Positions 37,019 through 46,312 of a stretch of DNA of 64,000 nucleotides are shown piece by piece (position 1 is the first letter of the stretch; every line of letters starts with the position of its first letter). The DNA is taken from NCBI GenBank assembly GCA_964537315.1, contig CAZIAP010000003.1, positions 75,919 to 139,918 on the forward strand, in the 5' to 3' direction. A model generated the notes under the pieces. The model saw nothing but the letters and a program-made list of their open reading frames with translations, had not been told where the DNA came from and did not search any database. Source of the stretch: an uncultured Gammaproteobacteria bacterium (GTDB taxonomy: Bacteria > Patescibacteriota > Microgenomatia > Levybacterales > GWA1-39-11). The position numbers were made by a program, and so were the translations under genes.

Positions 37019-37903
37019 ATGCAGAAAAAAATCCGCAAAGCCGTTATTCCAGCCGCAGGGTTTGGTACAAGATTTCTTCCCCAGACAAAGGCAATGCCTA
37101 AAGAGATGCTTCCCATTGTAGACAAGCCAGTTATTCAGTATGTTGTAGAAGAAGCAGTTGATTCAGGTATAAAAGATATTGTGTTGGTGACCGGAGCCTT
37201 GAAGCGTGCGATAGAGGACCATTTTGACGTACCAAATCAAGATCTGATTAAAAATCTTAAAGATGGTGGAAAAGAGGAATTGCTTGAGCAAACTAAAAAA
37301 GTAGCAAATCTTGCTAACTTTATCTACGTGAGGCAAAAAGGTCCATATGGTAACGGGACTCCAGTTCTAGCAGCAGAACCTATCATTGAAGATGAACCTT
37401 TTGCAGTACTGTGGGGAGATGAGTTTATTTATGCAAAACCTCCTCGTCTTGCTCAGATGATGTCTGTGCATGAGGAACTTGGGGGAATGGTAATTTCAGG
37501 AATGGAAATAAAGAAAAAAGAAGATTTAAAGCGTTATGGAATCGGAGATTTAGAGCATGTAAAGGGAAACGTCTATAAAATAAAAAATATCGTTGAGAAA
37601 CCTGATCCTGATAGTGCTCCATCAAATATTATGACTGGAGGAGCGTATATATTTCCTCCTGAAATATTTCAAGCCCTCAAAGAGATTGAACCAGGTAAAG
37701 GGGGAGAGCTTTGGTTGGTAGATGCTATCAATCATCTTAAAGATAATGGTACCCCTCTTTATGCGGTTGTAATAGAAAATGGTAAATATTATGATACAGG
37801 GAACAAGCTGGAGTATATGAAAACAGTCGTCGATCTTGCGCTTGAACATCCGGATATCAACGGTGAGTTTAAAGAATATCTTAAGAGCTTAGATCTAAGT
37901 TAG
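37019..37903 (+). CDS. galU: UTP--glucose-1-phosphate uridylyltransferase
   Basis: KAVIPAAGFGTRFLPQTKAMPKEMLPIVDKP nucleotidyltransferase signature. Confidence 0.9.
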   Translation: MQKKIRKAVIPAAGFGTRFLPQTKAMPKEMLPIVDKPVIQYVVEEAVDSGIKDIVLVTGALKRAIEDHFDVPNQDLIKNLKDGGKEELLEQTKKVANLANFIYVRQKGPYGNGTPVLAAEPIIEDEPFAVLWGDEFIYAKPPRLAQMMSVHEELGGMVISGMEIKKKEDLKRYGIGDLEHVKGNVYKIKNIVEKPDPDSAPSNIMTGGAYIFPPEIFQALKEIEPGKGGELWLVDAINHLKDNGTPLYAVVIENGKYYDTGNKLEYMKTVVDLALEHPDINGEFKEYLKSLDLS

Positions 37904-37915
37904 TTATTGGTTCAT

Positions 37916-37931
37916 TCCGCCAGTTGGCGGA
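37916..37931. repeat. 16-bp palindrome variant TCCGCCAGTTGGCGGA (copy 3 of 3, one central mismatch)
   Basis: Differs from the other two copies only by C to T at the centre. Sits between galU and the cupin gene. Confidence 0.65.
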
Positions 37932-37948
37932 TCACGGTTCTTAGTGTT

Positions 37949-38338
37949 ATGAAAATAGTCCGCAGTTCAGAACTCCAATTTATTCCTTCCTCTCATGAAG
38001 ATCCGAATAAACCAAATGTAATAAAGAAAGTTCTGCTTGAAAAAACAGGTCTTCTCCCTGGACGTGTACAAATGGTTAACTGGGCACAGTTACAACCGAA
38101 TTCTACGTTTGAGGCTCATTATCACGAAGATATGACTGAGGTTTTCCTCATAATCGAGGGCGAAGTTACTATGAACATCGCAGGTGAGGAAGTAAGTGTT
38201 AAAAAAGGAGATGCAGTAGTAGTGGAGCCAAACGAGGTCCATACTATGACCAACCATACGGATCAACCGCTTGAGTATATAGTTTTTGGGGTTAGCCAAG
38301 AAAAAGACGGAAAAACAGTGTTAGTTACTAGTTCATAG
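37949..38338 (+). CDS. cupin domain protein
   Basis: HYHEDMTEVFLIIEGE...GDAVVVEPNEVH two-motif cupin pattern. Start moved to the ATG at 37949, downstream of the palindrome. Confidence 0.7.
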   Translation: MKIVRSSELQFIPSSHEDPNKPNVIKKVLLEKTGLLPGRVQMVNWAQLQPNSTFEAHYHEDMTEVFLIIEGEVTMNIAGEEVSVKKGDAVVVEPNEVHTMTNHTDQPLEYIVFGVSQEKDGKTVLVTSS

Positions 38339-38424
38339 CTTACACATATCTATTAGTAATCAATTTCTCCAATCTGTGATCGATTATTGTTATCATGTAT
38401 AATCTAGGTTAGAAATTAGAAGAT

Positions 38425-40173
38425 ATGAATATTCAATCACAAATAAGATCAGTATTGGAGGAGATTGTGAGCAGGCTTACAGATCAGGAAATAATTTTTT
38501 CGGTATCTGTGCCTGAGATCGCTGAGCATGGAGATTACTCTACAAATATAGCATTATTGCTTGCTAAACCTCTTGGAAAATCACCTCATGAAATAGCAGA
38601 GGTTATAAAACACCAATTAGAAACTGAGAATCAGAAATTAGGAATTATCGATAGAGTCGAGATTGCAGGTCCTGGCTTTGTGAATATATTTATTGCAACT
38701 GAAAAACTAATTGATACTTTAATCCAAGTTGAGCAACAAAAAGATACATTCGGATACAGTAATACACTTTCTGACATCAAAGTGATCACTGAATTTACTG
38801 ATCCGAACCCATTCAAGGAGTTTCATATCGGACACTTGTATAGCAATATTGTAGGCGAGTCTATTTCCCGGCTTACTGAATCACAGGGAGCTGAAGTCAG
38901 AAGAGTCTGTTATCAGGGAGATGTAGGACTGCATGTTGCAAAAGCTTTGTATGGAATCATGAATAATGAGTCACAAATTACGGATATTGAAGATAAATCG
39001 ATTGAAGAAAAAGCAAAGTATTTAGGACAAGCATATGCAAAGGGGGCAAATGCATACGAAGAAAGCGAGGAAGTCAAAAAAGAGATAATAAATCTGAATA
39101 AAAAAATTTTTGAAAAAGACCCACAAGTAGCTGATATTTATGAGAAAGGTAAGAGTTGGAGTCTTCAGTATTTTGAAACCATATATGAAAGGCTGGGAAC
39201 AAAGTTCGATAAATACTTTTTTGAGAGTGAGGTAGGAGAAGACGGACGTAAACTTGTATTAGGATATCTTGAGAAAGGAGTATTTGTAGAAAGTGATGGT
39301 GCAGTAATATTTCCTGGAGAAGAGTATGGTTTACATAACAGAGTATTTATCAACTCTTTAGGTCTTCCAACTTATGAAGCAAAAGAGTTAGGACTTGCGC
39401 CAGCAAAGTATGAATATTACCCATATGATCGGTCAATTGTAATTACAGGAAATGAAATAAATGAATATTTTAAAGTATTGTTAAAAGCACTTTCGCTTAT
39501 CAGACCTGAGCTAGCAGAAAAGACATTGCATATTGGGCATGGCATGGTGCGACTACCTGAGGGTAAGATGTCATCCAGAACCGGAAATGTACTTACTGGG
39601 GAATGGCTACTTGATGAAGCGAAGAAGAGGGTATTGAAAAAGATTGAAGAATCTGAAGATATTCGCAGCTCAAGGTTCACGGTTCAGAGTTCAGAAGGAG
39701 AAGAAGTGGCAGAAAAAGTTGGGTTGGGTGCTATTAAATATGCGCTGCTTAAAAACGGAATAGGGGGAGATATAGCATTTTCATTTGATGAATCTATTAA
39801 TTTTGAAGGAAACTCTGGTCCGTATTTGCAGTACACATATGTCAGGACACAGAGTGTACTGAGCAAGGCGAACCATTCGACTAAATTGGGTCAAGTAAGT
39901 CAAAAATCGAAACTAGAGATTGAGGAGGAGCTAATTTTGCGTCATCTTATTCATTTTCCTGAGATAGTGTCACATGCCGCTACAGTTTATTCTCCTAATC
40001 TAGTTGCCGAGTATTTATACCAACTAGCTCAAAAATTCAACCTTTTCTATGCGAAGCATAAAGTGATGGGAAGTGAAAATGAGGATTTCCGTCTTGCATT
40101 AACCAATTCTGTTGGACAAGTACTTAAAAATGGTCTTGCCTTGCTAGGCATACAGACAGTAGAAAAAATGTAA
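38425..40173 (+). CDS. argS: arginine--tRNA ligase
   Basis: N-terminal Arg_tRNA_synt_N-like region (GDYSTNIALLLAK), class-I HIGH region FHIGHLYSN, and C-terminal DALR-type anticodon-binding region. Confidence 0.9.
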   Translation: MNIQSQIRSVLEEIVSRLTDQEIIFSVSVPEIAEHGDYSTNIALLLAKPLGKSPHEIAEVIKHQLETENQKLGIIDRVEIAGPGFVNIFIATEKLIDTLIQVEQQKDTFGYSNTLSDIKVITEFTDPNPFKEFHIGHLYSNIVGESISRLTESQGAEVRRVCYQGDVGLHVAKALYGIMNNESQITDIEDKSIEEKAKYLGQAYAKGANAYEESEEVKKEIINLNKKIFEKDPQVADIYEKGKSWSLQYFETIYERLGTKFDKYFFESEVGEDGRKLVLGYLEKGVFVESDGAVIFPGEEYGLHNRVFINSLGLPTYEAKELGLAPAKYEYYPYDRSIVITGNEINEYFKVLLKALSLIRPELAEKTLHIGHGMVRLPEGKMSSRTGNVLTGEWLLDEAKKRVLKKIEESEDIRSSRFTVQSSEGEEVAEKVGLGAIKYALLKNGIGGDIAFSFDESINFEGNSGPYLQYTYVRTQSVLSKANHSTKLGQVSQKSKLEIEEELILRHLIHFPEIVSHAATVYSPNLVAEYLYQLAQKFNLFYAKHKVMGSENEDFRLALTNSVGQVLKNGLALLGIQTVEKM

Positions 40174-40234
40174 TTTTCTTACCTCTTTTTAATTGATTCA
40201 TATCCTGGGATATGATATTCTATTTTCCACGTTT

Positions 40235-41506
40235 ATGAAGTATCAATATACTGTTCTTCCCAATCAACTTCGTCTTATTACTATTCCTATTGAAGAAGTT
40301 CAAAGCGCCACCACTCTTGTGTTAGTTGGTGCGGGTAGTAGATACGAGAATAAAAAAAATAACGGTATTTCTCACTTTCTTGAACACATGGCGTTTAAAG
40401 GTACTGCTAAACGTCCTTCAGCGATTGAGATAGCATCCATTATTGATGGCATGGGTGCGGAAAGTAACGCATTTACAGGTAAAGAATATACTGGATACTA
40501 CATAAAGTCTGCTGCTGATAAAGTTGATGTTTCATTGGACTTATTATCCGACATGCTGACTAATCTTCAACTTGACCCTAAAGAAATTGAAAAAGAGCGT
40601 GGAGTAATAATTGAAGAAATAAATATGTATGAAGATACTCCTGCGCGTAAAATCGGAGACTTGATAGAAGAGCTATTATATGGAGATGTTCCGCTCGGGT
40701 GGGATATCGCAGGTACAAAAAAAGTAATTCGTAGTGTGCAGCGTGAGGACTTTTTAGATTACATGAAAAGCCTATATAGTACTGATAATATGGTACTGGT
40801 AGTTGCAGGAAAAATTGATCCTAAGGATATCGAGAAAAAAGCTGAAAAATATTTTGCAGGTTTAAATCAGTTTCCAATTGCTTCATTTGAAAAAGTAATT
40901 GAGAATCAGACTAAACCTGCTATTAAACTTCATCACAAAAAAACTGAACAAGCTCATTTTGCTTTGGCGGTCAGAGCTGCTGGATTGGCAAATGAAACGG
41001 ATAGGTACCCACTGGCAATTCTTGGCTCAATTCTAGGTGGCGGTATGTCTTCTCGATTGTTTTCTGAGGTACGTGAGAAGCGAGGACTTGCTTATTATGT
41101 TCGAGCGTATGCAGATAGGTATATTGATGTAGGATATTTTGCTGCTTTTGCAGGAGTGGACAAAACCCGAATTGATGAAGCTATTGAGGTAGTTAAAAAT
41201 GAGTTTTTAAAAGTTGCTAAAGACGGAGAAATAACCGATGAAGAAGTTACAAAAGCCAAAGAATATAATAAAGGACACTTTGTATTAGGCCTTGAGGACA
41301 CACAAAGTGTGGCAACATTTTTCGGTATGAACCAGATACTGGAGAAAGAGATTAAAACTCCAGAAGGAATGTTGGAAAAAATTGATGCAGTAACCCGAGA
41401 TGATGTACAAAGAGTTGCACAAAAATATCTGGATACGAAAGCATATAATCTGGCTATCATAGGTGATTTTCAAGATGAAGAGAGATTTGCTAAAATTATC
41501 AGGTAA
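40235..41506 (+). CDS. M16 family zinc peptidase (insulinase-like)
   Basis: HFLEHMAFKGT inverted zinc-binding motif HxxEH. An alternative start at 40193 is possible. Confidence 0.8.
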   Translation: MKYQYTVLPNQLRLITIPIEEVQSATTLVLVGAGSRYENKKNNGISHFLEHMAFKGTAKRPSAIEIASIIDGMGAESNAFTGKEYTGYYIKSAADKVDVSLDLLSDMLTNLQLDPKEIEKERGVIIEEINMYEDTPARKIGDLIEELLYGDVPLGWDIAGTKKVIRSVQREDFLDYMKSLYSTDNMVLVVAGKIDPKDIEKKAEKYFAGLNQFPIASFEKVIENQTKPAIKLHHKKTEQAHFALAVRAAGLANETDRYPLAILGSILGGGMSSRLFSEVREKRGLAYYVRAYADRYIDVGYFAAFAGVDKTRIDEAIEVVKNEFLKVAKDGEITDEEVTKAKEYNKGHFVLGLEDTQSVATFFGMNQILEKEIKTPEGMLEKIDAVTRDDVQRVAQKYLDTKAYNLAIIGDFQDEERFAKIIR

Positions 41507-43074
41507 TGACAAAAGAAGGATTATTTCCCCATCCTGCCTCATCTCCTACTACAGAACAAGAAATCCATACAGAAAATCAAGAACATGAAATTACCCATAA
41601 TTGCGGTATAGTCGGGTTTTATTATAACGAGCCTACGACAGTGGATCAGGCTATTTATTCGCTCTCAAAGCTGCAACATCGTGGGCAAGAAGGAAGTGGT
41701 GCGCTTGTTATCCCTCAAAACGAACAGCCGATATTTTGGGAAACAAAAGAACTACTCATAAATTCGCGGAAGAACGGTGAGTTCGGAAAGTTTCGGGATA
41801 ATGTCGCAAACAGCGCAAGAATAATAGTAGGTCATAACAGGTATTCGACATCAGGAAGTCTGAGTGCGGGTCAGCCATTTTACGATATTGATCTTATAAC
41901 TGCTCATAATGGTAACTTAGTAAATCCGAAAATGCTTGATGCATATACCCAGTCATCAGAATCAGACACACGTGTTCTTCATGACTCTATTCGTCAATCT
42001 GAAGGTGAATCTTTGGATGAAAAAATACAGGCAACACTTCCTCAAGTTGACGGTGCTTATAGTTTGGTATTAGCAGATCCACGAGAGAGGGCATTGTACG
42101 GTATTAGAGATCCATGGGGTATGAGACCCCTACATCTTGGTAGGTTACGTGATAATGCAGGGTATGTTATTGCTTCAGAGACTGTCGCCATAAAAGATAT
42201 CGTTGATGATCTATATGAAATTCAGCCAGGTGAAGGGATAAAGGTACAGAACGGTCATGTTGAAAGATTTTTTCAGGATCCAAGAGAAGTAACACAGAAA
42301 TCATGTGTATTCGAAGCAGTGTACTTTGCTCGCCCTGAAAGCAATCAATTCGGACTTAATGTTGGCGAATTTCGTCGTGCGTGTGGGGAAGAATTAGCAC
42401 ATATGGATTACCAGGAAGGAGTAGTACCAGATATTATAGTACCAATTAGAAATTCAGGCACCGTCGGTGCAGAGGGGTATTCGCAAGGAATGATAGATAA
42501 TAAAATTCAAGAGTTGGTAGACAAAGTGCGAAAAGACACCTCTTTAGATGTTCGAGAACAATCACAGAAAATCGCAGAGCTTGTCCTTGCTTCGGGGGTA
42601 AGCACAAACCAGTATGGGAGAGTGTTTATAGAACATGGAGATAGGGCTATAAAAGCAGATGAGAAATATACAGCCAATCCTGAGGTAGTTGGTGGAAAGT
42701 CTGTGATGTTAATAGATGACTCACTGGTGAGAGGAACTACCTCAAAAGTAATTACGCGCAAATTGCGTGAAGCAGGTGCAAAAAGTGTTATGTGGAGATT
42801 TGTATCACCAAAAGTGATTGACGCCTGCTATTGGGGTGTTGATTTTGCTGAAAAAGAGGATCTCATTGCAGTACATAAATCTGAAAATGAAATTGCAGAT
42901 GAAATAGGAGCGGATTCAGTGAGGTTTTTACCGCTAGATCGAATGAAAGACATCGCAGAACGACTGTCTGGCCACGATGGATATTGTACTCATTGCTTCT
43001 CTGGGGAGAAGCCGATGCAAGTGAATAGGGAACATATGATTATGAAGAGTGATATACGAGTGAAAGCTACTTAG
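41506..43074 (+). CDS. purF: amidophosphoribosyltransferase-like (Ntn glutamine amidotransferase class II plus PRTase, PurF-like) with N-terminal propeptide
   Basis: CGIVGF catalytic Cys after a 33-aa leader. VGHNRYSTSG. PRPP-binding VMLIDDSLVRGTTS. C-terminal CTHCF Fe-S type CxxC. Start overlaps the upstream stop (TAATG). Confidence 0.8.
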   Translation: MTKEGLFPHPASSPTTEQEIHTENQEHEITHNCGIVGFYYNEPTTVDQAIYSLSKLQHRGQEGSGALVIPQNEQPIFWETKELLINSRKNGEFGKFRDNVANSARIIVGHNRYSTSGSLSAGQPFYDIDLITAHNGNLVNPKMLDAYTQSSESDTRVLHDSIRQSEGESLDEKIQATLPQVDGAYSLVLADPRERALYGIRDPWGMRPLHLGRLRDNAGYVIASETVAIKDIVDDLYEIQPGEGIKVQNGHVERFFQDPREVTQKSCVFEAVYFARPESNQFGLNVGEFRRACGEELAHMDYQEGVVPDIIVPIRNSGTVGAEGYSQGMIDNKIQELVDKVRKDTSLDVREQSQKIAELVLASGVSTNQYGRVFIEHGDRAIKADEKYTANPEVVGGKSVMLIDDSLVRGTTSKVITRKLREAGAKSVMWRFVSPKVIDACYWGVDFAEKEDLIAVHKSENEIADEIGADSVRFLPLDRMKDIAERLSGHDGYCTHCFSGEKPMQVNREHMIMKSDIRVKAT

Positions 43075-43116
43075 TAGCTTCTTGACTTTAGAATTTTCAG
43101 ATCGTATCATATACAA

Positions 43117-43629
43117 ATGACGACAGAGCGAACACTTATCATTCTCAAGCCTGATGCATTACAGCGTGGTATCGCAGGTGAAATTATCACTCGGTTCGAA
43201 CGTGTAGGGCTCAAACTTATTGGAGCCAAAATGGTTGCCCCAGATAAAGAGCATTATCATCATCATTATGAAAATATTGGAAAAATGATCTCGCGACGTG
43301 GTCAAAAGGCATTTGATGTGACTGTCAATATGATGCAAACAGGACCTGTTTTGGCGATTGTACTTGAAGGAGTAGAAGCTGTATCCTTAGTTCGAAAAAT
43401 GGTTGGAACAACAGAGCCAAAAAGTGCTCCTCCCGGTACTATTCGTGGTGACTACTCCCACATGAGTTTTGTTTATGCTGATGATCAAGGTGTAGGTATA
43501 CCTAACTTAATACACGCATCAGGAGATCCTGAAGAAGCAATAGAGGAAATCAATCACTGGTTCAGTGAAAAAGAGTTATATGACTATACAGCTGCACACG
43601 AACACTTCACACAGTCAAAGAAAAAATAG
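43117..43629 (+). CDS. ndk: nucleoside diphosphate kinase
   Basis: TLIILKPDALQRGIAGEIITRFE...NLIHASG (active-site His) motifs. Confidence 0.9.
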   Translation: MTTERTLIILKPDALQRGIAGEIITRFERVGLKLIGAKMVAPDKEHYHHHYENIGKMISRRGQKAFDVTVNMMQTGPVLAIVLEGVEAVSLVRKMVGTTEPKSAPPGTIRGDYSHMSFVYADDQGVGIPNLIHASGDPEEAIEEINHWFSEKELYDYTAAHEHFTQSKKK

Positions 43630-43690
43630 TTTCCTCAAATTTTACTCTATCTCAACTTTTTGATATACTGCGCCCACTTCATAAATCTTG

Positions 43691-43712
43691 TTCAAAGATA
43701 AATATCTTTGAA
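43691..43712. promoter_or_regulatory. 22-bp perfect palindrome TTCAAAGATA-AA-TATCTTTGAA, candidate operator, with a third half-site ATCTTTGAA at 43730-43738
   Basis: Exact inverted repeat in AT-rich DNA, about 110 nt upstream of the ORF at 43819. No T-run follows, so it is not terminator-like. Confidence 0.4.
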
Positions 43713-43818
43713 TTTTAGGTTTTAAAGTGATCTTTGAAAAGTGAGAGAGGAGTAGCAGTGGACAAAGCACCGATCGATTGGGAATTCATTCTCTAAAAAA
43801 ATAGTTAACCGATTTATC

Positions 43819-44265
43819 ATGAGTGGAAGTGAGTGCGTGATGTCTGGATCGGATAAAGTTACTTATTTGAAACAGTTGAGAAGTGAAGCAGAATTTACAC
43901 GAAAAATGATTGATAATTGGTTAATTGAAAAGGAGTTGATTAATTTCTACACGTTTGGCAGTGACTCCAAACAGTACCACGAGCATGAAATAGATATGCA
44001 TAAGGTGTTAGTAGAAATAAAAAGTCGATATGATGACGTTTTTTCAAAGCTGCTGGAAAATACAAATCGAAGTCTCAACAGTCTAAACCTACCAGCAGGT
44101 TGCTTAAACCCTTTGCTTGCAGCCAATGTGGTAACAGTTGGTGATGTGTTTCGGGTAGGAAGAAAGAAACTGCTTGTGATTCGAAATTTTGGTCCGAAGA
44201 AGCTGGAAGTTCTGGAAAGGACATTACAGGAACACGGATATACAGTCCCTTGGTTAGATGAATAG
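43819..44265 (+). CDS. hypothetical protein with C-terminal RNA polymerase alpha-CTD-like helix-hairpin-helix domain
   Basis: LNLPAGCLNPLLAANVVTVGDVFRVGRKKLLVIRNFGPKKLEVLERTL resembles the alpha-CTD fold motif. Confidence 0.5.
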   Translation: MSGSECVMSGSDKVTYLKQLRSEAEFTRKMIDNWLIEKELINFYTFGSDSKQYHEHEIDMHKVLVEIKSRYDDVFSKLLENTNRSLNSLNLPAGCLNPLLAANVVTVGDVFRVGRKKLLVIRNFGPKKLEVLERTLQEHGYTVPWLDE

Positions 44266-44338
44266 TTTAATTCATACTTGGGTGAGTATTTTCTTTTCTA
44301 TTTCCTCTCTCACTCAAGTTTTTTAGCCCGCCATAGTT

Positions 44339-45007
44339 TTAACTAAGGAGGGTTTCTTCATTACACTTATTTTCAAATTCATCTAATGTTATTGCATCTT
44401 CGATAGAAAAATCAGCAACTTTTGTTCGTTGTAGTCCACTTAAGTAGCCACCTGTTTTAAGCATTTCTCCGATGTCTCTTGCGAGTGAGCGTATATATAC
44501 ACCGGGGCCTGTTGTGACTTTTAACTTTAATATGGGGTAGTGGTAGGATATGATTTCAATAGCGTAGATTTTAACCGGACGAGGTTTTAATTCAATGTTT
44601 TCACGGCGACGCATTCTGCGATGCGCAGGAACCCCAGAAATTTTAATCGAGCTGTATTTCGGAGGGGTTTGTAGTATGTCTCCTATGAGTGATTTAATAA
44701 CATTTTTTATAGACAATGTATCAGGAATTTGTTCATTCAAAACCTGTGTTTTTTCTCCTTCAGAATCATCTGTGGTGCTGTGAAAACCTAGGGTGATTTC
44801 AGCAGTATACTCCTTTTTTCCTTTCACAAACTGGTCTAACTGTTTTGTATACTCTCGGCCAATGGCTACAACTAACACACCAGTTGCTAACGGATCAAGT
44901 GTTCCGCCATGCCCAACACGCTTAATACCCGTTATGCGTCTTACTCGGTTTACTACATCGTGAGATGTCATTCCAGCAGGTTTGTGTATTGCAATTATTT
45001 TATTCAT
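44339..45007 (-). CDS. truB: tRNA pseudouridine(55) synthase
   Basis: Internal start MNKIIAIHKPAGMTSHDVV...GHGGTLDPLATGVL with catalytic Asp. The track ORF extends to 45139 from an upstream TTG-type start. Confidence 0.9.
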   Translation of the reverse strand: MNKIIAIHKPAGMTSHDVVNRVRRITGIKRVGHGGTLDPLATGVLVVAIGREYTKQLDQFVKGKKEYTAEITLGFHSTTDDSEGEKTQVLNEQIPDTLSIKNVIKSLIGDILQTPPKYSSIKISGVPAHRRMRRRENIELKPRPVKIYAIEIISYHYPILKLKVTTGPGVYIRSLARDIGEMLKTGGYLSGLQRTKVADFSIEDAITLDEFENKCNEETLLS

Positions 45008-45236
45008 ATTGATATTATATCGCATAAATTTGACAGAATATCCGATATGTGTTTTAAAATAAACTATGAGCGAGTCAGATTTTTCTCCTGAAGAATATAG
45101 ATATTCAGCAGAGCCGGAACGCCTTCCCTCTGATCCCACAGAAGCATCAAATCAGTATCTGGATATGATATTGGCAGAACCAGCAAGTGAATGGTATGCT
45201 TCCATGCTTCAGAAAACTAAGCGAAATCGTTAATCC

Positions 45237-45596
45237 ATGAAAGATGTCTTGATTGAAATTCTCACAATAATCGGTTACTCCGATGATAAGGAAGCATACG
45301 CCGACCAATTTGTTGAGCTAGTGCACCTCAAAACAATGCAGAATAGTCTCCTAACTCTACCTGAAGATAAACAAAAAGAGATTGAAAGATTGTTGGTTAA
45401 TGCGGATAGTCAAGAAGCGGTAGAAAAGATAATTAACGATAATTTTCATGTTGATCTTTACGCAACAATGCTCAAGGATATGTTTTCAGAGATGATAAAA
45501 AACTATATGGAAACCCTTTATCCAACCTTATCACAAACTCAAGTTGCAGAACTAGAAAAGTTATTAAAATTCAACTTTCCTCAGAAGAAAGAGTAA
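45237..45596 (+). CDS. hypothetical protein (119 aa)
   Basis: ORF only. Confidence 0.5.
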   Translation: MKDVLIEILTIIGYSDDKEAYADQFVELVHLKTMQNSLLTLPEDKQKEIERLLVNADSQEAVEKIINDNFHVDLYATMLKDMFSEMIKNYMETLYPTLSQTQVAELEKLLKFNFPQKKE

Positions 45597-45659
45597 GCTT
45601 TTACTTTTGCGGGTATAGAAAATGCCTGCACTGTGTTTTACAGCGCAGGCTGTAATAGA

Positions 45660-46136
45660 TTATCGGTGTTCATCGCTTACAAAGGAGAATTGATGCTTAG
45701 CTTGGACTTTTCGTCCGCTGATGCCTCCGGCAAACTTAGAATTTCTGTATCTCTTACGGATATCCGAAAATTCTTTACTGGCTTCACGCCCGAGTTTATA
45801 GTAGCGTCTTTTTTCCTGACGTACTTCAAGATCTCCTTCCTCATCAGGGATCACAGCCCATGCCTTTCGGACAGAAAGCTGTACTCCATTAATGGTCATC
45901 TTGACCGGATTTTGAGATGGGTCCCGTACTGTTATCCAGTCAGGAAGGTTATCCCAGGAATATTCACTGAAATCTTCCTTCGTCCAGCTCACAACAATCC
46001 GCGAGTCAAGTACAACCACCTGTTTGAAGTCAATCTGCTCACTCACAGACTTGATCCTCTTTCCCGATAAAAATCGTTGGCATCGGCAAGTTCCGATACC
46101 ACCCAAAATACTTTTCAATTTCAGATGGTATAGCAA
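45660..46136 (-). CDS. hypothetical protein (up to 158 aa; start uncertain)
   Basis: Chosen over the fully overlapping plus-strand ORF 45633..46070 because its sequence is less skewed and it is co-oriented with the tRNA/ABC-F genes. Confidence 0.4.
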   Translation of the reverse strand: MLYHLKLKSILGGIGTCRCQRFLSGKRIKSVSEQIDFKQVVVLDSRIVVSWTKEDFSEYSWDNLPDWITVRDPSQNPVKMTINGVQLSVRKAWAVIPDEEGDLEVRQEKRRYYKLGREASKEFSDIRKRYRNSKFAGGISGRKVQAKHQFSFVSDEHR

Positions 46137-46199
46137 CTATGTGGGATTGTATCAAATACTCAAAGAGAGGACAAGCAAAAGTGAGGTGATAATTGTATG

Positions 46200-46272
46200 T
46201 ACCGATGGAGAGAGTCGAACTCTCAGTCTTACCCTTAGGACGGGTCTGCTTTATCCATTAAGCTATAACAGC
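46200..46272 (-). tRNA. tRNA-Arg(CCT)-like gene with a weak acceptor stem (divergent copy or pseudogene)
   Basis: Reverse complement: D-arm GCTT-AATGGATA-AAGC, anticodon arm GACCC-GTCCTAA-GGGTA, T-arm GAGAG-TTCGACT-CTCTC. Only 5 of 7 acceptor pairs (GCTGTTA vs CATCGGT), two of them G-U. Confidence 0.5.
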
Positions 46273-46312
46273 TAGTATTTTCAGCTAATTGCAATTATTT
46301 GTTTCATGATTT

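Noticed and set aside
45633-46070. + strand ORF (145 aa) fully overlapping the minus-strand ORF 45660..46136
   Set aside because: Only one can be real. The + frame has a more skewed composition and no RBS. The minus-strand frame was kept, at low confidence.
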